Below, in pieces: positions 59,669 to 61,999 of a DNA stretch of 61,999 nt. Position 1 is the stretch's first letter. The number at the start of each line of letters is the position of its first letter. Source of the DNA: Promethearchaeota archaeon. Lineage in GTDB: Archaea; Asgardarchaeota; Lokiarchaeia; Sigyniarchaeales; SOKP01. Where the stretch lies: contig JAHPZE010000027.1 of the NCBI GenBank assembly GCA_019058365.1, forward strand, positions 1-61,999, in the 5' to 3' direction. The translations under genes and the position numbers were made by a program. The notes under the pieces are model-generated. The model was not told the origin of the DNA and made no database searches. It saw only the letters and a list, made by a program, of their open reading frames with translations.

Positions 59669-61921
59669 ATGGTTAAAGTGAAAAACCCAGACGAAATCGC
59701 TAAATTGGTTACTTCTGGTTCATATGAAAAGAAAAGAATTTTTAGCATTACAGCCCATATAGATCATGGAAAAACAACTGCTACAGATTACTTACTTCGT
59801 AGAGCTGGACTTATGAGACCTGAAGATGCAGGTCAACTTCAGATGACCGATTCAGATGATGAAGAACAAGAAAGAGGAATAACTATTTTTACATCTGTAG
59901 TATTACTTGCTTTTCAAGATCCGAGAAAACCAGATGATGAAGAACCATATATTATTCAGCTTAATGATACTCCGGGGCATATCTCTTTTACAGGGGAGGT
60001 TTCAAGAGCACTAAGAGGAAGTGATGGTGCAATAATATTAGTAGATGCTCTTGAAGGAGTTATGACTCAAACGGAAACTAATATTAGGTTATCAGTTGGT
60101 GAAGAATTCTGCAAACCTGTTCTCTTTATCAATAAAGTTGACAGATTAATAAGTGAATTAAAACTTAGCCCTGAAGATACCTTTGCGAAAATTGATAAAA
60201 TTACAAGAGAAATTAATGAATTAATTAGAAAGGTTAGACCTGAAGGCTCGGACTGGGGGATAGATTTTGCAAAAAATTCAGTTGCTGTTGGTTCAGCTAA
60301 ACATGGATGGGGTTTTACGTATGAAATTTTACTTGAAAAGGGTTTGAAGCCTCAAGATGTTTTTACAAAGTATAATGAAGGAAATATTCAATGGTTAAGG
60401 GATAATTTACCATTGGATGAACCTATGCTAAGAATGATTGTTGATCATCTTCCGGATCCCGTTACGGCTTCTAAGTATAGAATTCCTCATATTTGGGACC
60501 ATGATTTAAACTCTGAGCTTGGACAAGCACTTCAAAAAAGCGACCCAAATGGTCCACTATATGGGATGATTACTAAAATATTCCTTGATCCAAAAAGAAA
60601 TTATCAAGCTACACTAATAGGCCGCGTTTTTTCGGGTACATTTGATCAAACTGATTCAATTTATCTTATTAATAGTGAGTCAAGCAATCGAGTGAAAAGA
60701 TTGGGCGTTATGGAAATTACTGATATTTTAGATATTCCTAAAATTCCAGCAGGAAATCTATTCGCTTTATTTGGGTTTATATGTCCTTCTGGTGAGACTT
60801 TTATGTTATCCAATGATGTCCCTAAAGATAAAGAAGAAAAGAAGAGATTACCTTCTTTCGAAAAAATCCATTATGCTTGTGAAGCTGTTGTTTCAAGAAG
60901 TATAAAACCAAAAGATCCACATGAAATTGATAAATTAGATGAAGTTGTAAGCAAATGGTTAAAAGCTGATCCTACCGCAGAATATAGAAGGGATCAAGAG
61001 TCGGGTGAATTTATCCTTTCAGGGATAGATCCCCTCCAAATCGAGATCTTAGTCAAAAGAATTAATAATCAAGTTCAAATTAATATTGGAGAACCTATCA
61101 TCGTTTATCGAGAAAAAATAACACAAAAGAGTCCAGATTATTATACTAAATCTGCAAACACTCACAATCGGATATTATTGTATATTGAACCACTAGATGA
61201 AACAACTGAAAGATTGATTGAAACTGGTAAAGTCAATGATTTGCAAAATGATAAAGATAGAGCAACAATCCTTAGGGAAGAGGCTGGATGGGATGCAAAA
61301 GAAGCAAGACGTATCGTTGACGTATATCAAGGAAGTGCCCTTGTAAATGGTACTACGGGATTACAGAGATTTGACCGTGTTAAATCCTATTTGAGTGCTG
61401 CTTTTAGAGATTGGCTTGGTAACTGTATTATTGCGAAAGAACCAGCTACTGGAATTAAAGTAGTATTTACAGATATGACAATCCATGAAGATCCGAGACA
61501 TACGTCTTATGGACAGATTGCAGGAATGGCATTTTCAGCTATGTCATTAGCTATGTTAGATTCAAAACCTCATCTTTTTGAACCAATTCAAAAAATTGAT
61601 ATTAAAACGCCTCAAGGAAGCGAAGGAGGAGTAACTGCTATTATAACCAAACGCCGAGGGCGAATTACTAATGTTATTCCTGAAGGTGAATATGTAAGAA
61701 TTCAAGGTCAAATTCCTGCTGCTGAAACAATTGGAATAGCAGACGATATTAGAGGTTCAACTCAGGGAAGAGCCTTCTTTGGCTATGAGTTCAAAGGTTT
61801 TGAGAAAGTTCCTCCTAATTTAGAAGAGGATCTCATTATGGAAATTCGTAGACGTAAAGGTATGCCCGAAGAGCTGCCTTCCAGAAAGAGCTGGGAAAGA
61901 TTTATATATAAACGTACGTAA
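59669..61921 (+). CDS. fusA: Elongation factor 2 (archaeal), non-canonical diphthamide loop
   Basis: AHIDHGKTT, EQERGITI, DTPGH, NKVD, domain IV HEDPRHTSYGQ, RGSTQGRA, IRRRKGM. Confidence 0.93.
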   Translation: MVKVKNPDEIAKLVTSGSYEKKRIFSITAHIDHGKTTATDYLLRRAGLMRPEDAGQLQMTDSDDEEQERGITIFTSVVLLAFQDPRKPDDEEPYIIQLNDTPGHISFTGEVSRALRGSDGAIILVDALEGVMTQTETNIRLSVGEEFCKPVLFINKVDRLISELKLSPEDTFAKIDKITREINELIRKVRPEGSDWGIDFAKNSVAVGSAKHGWGFTYEILLEKGLKPQDVFTKYNEGNIQWLRDNLPLDEPMLRMIVDHLPDPVTASKYRIPHIWDHDLNSELGQALQKSDPNGPLYGMITKIFLDPKRNYQATLIGRVFSGTFDQTDSIYLINSESSNRVKRLGVMEITDILDIPKIPAGNLFALFGFICPSGETFMLSNDVPKDKEEKKRLPSFEKIHYACEAVVSRSIKPKDPHEIDKLDEVVSKWLKADPTAEYRRDQESGEFILSGIDPLQIEILVKRINNQVQINIGEPIIVYREKITQKSPDYYTKSANTHNRILLYIEPLDETTERLIETGKVNDLQNDKDRATILREEAGWDAKEARRIVDVYQGSALVNGTTGLQRFDRVKSYLSAAFRDWLGNCIIAKEPATGIKVVFTDMTIHEDPRHTSYGQIAGMAFSAMSLAMLDSKPHLFEPIQKIDIKTPQGSEGGVTAIITKRRGRITNVIPEGEYVRIQGQIPAAETIGIADDIRGSTQGRAFFGYEFKGFEKVPPNLEEDLIMEIRRRKGMPEELPSRKSWERFIYKRT

Positions 61922-61999
61922 TTTTTTTTTTAAATTTCTTTTTTTGATAATTTTTAATTTCCCTTCATCGACAAAAATATTTATAGCTTGTGGGTTTTG

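Noticed and set aside
1-61999. tRNA, rRNA, CRISPR, transposase or integrase genes
   Set aside because: None recognised by eye; a tRNAscan-SE/Infernal run would be needed to exclude small RNAs formally.

Overview
Very AT-rich archaeal chromosomal window, most likely an Asgard archaeon of the Lokiarchaeia. This is inferred from a small Arf/Rab-like GTPase, an IPGY-TM-basic C-terminal sorting motif, an EF-2 with an altered diphthamide loop, and TACK/Asgard-type informational genes. It is dominated by core genes: rpo1N/rpo1C, L30e, nusA, S12, S7, L44e, S27e, TFS, PCNA, PriL/PriS, GINS, Nop10, aIF2-alpha, EF-1alpha, Rpo11, Csl4, enolase, RFC-S, TruA, AglB, UvrB/UvrA, aIF5B, CCA-adding enzyme and EF-2. 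Main discovery: two essential genes, RNA polymerase Rpo1N (A') and EF-1alpha, are each interrupted inside their most conserved motif by a tiny stop-containing insert (30 nt at 2085-2114; 32 nt at 30988-31019). Each insert folds with its flanks into a bulge-helix-bulge (BHB)-type structure. Cutting after the 2nd nt of each 3-nt bulge, as the tRNA splicing endonuclease does, restores exactly GHFGH|IEL and GHIDHGK|ST. This points to tRNA-type (EndA/RtcB) pre-mRNA introns in core protein-coding genes. A free-standing LAGLIDADG gene lies directly upstream of the EF-1alpha gene. Other notable items: apparent non-AUG starts (ATT/ATA/CTG); a ~5.3 kb island flanked by a 294-bp diverged duplication of the rfcS/truA junction; an HTH + ATP-cone + inactive NrdD-like fusion; and a frameshifted VOC gene at a slippery heptamer. 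All calls come from reading the sequence and recognising motifs; no searches were run.
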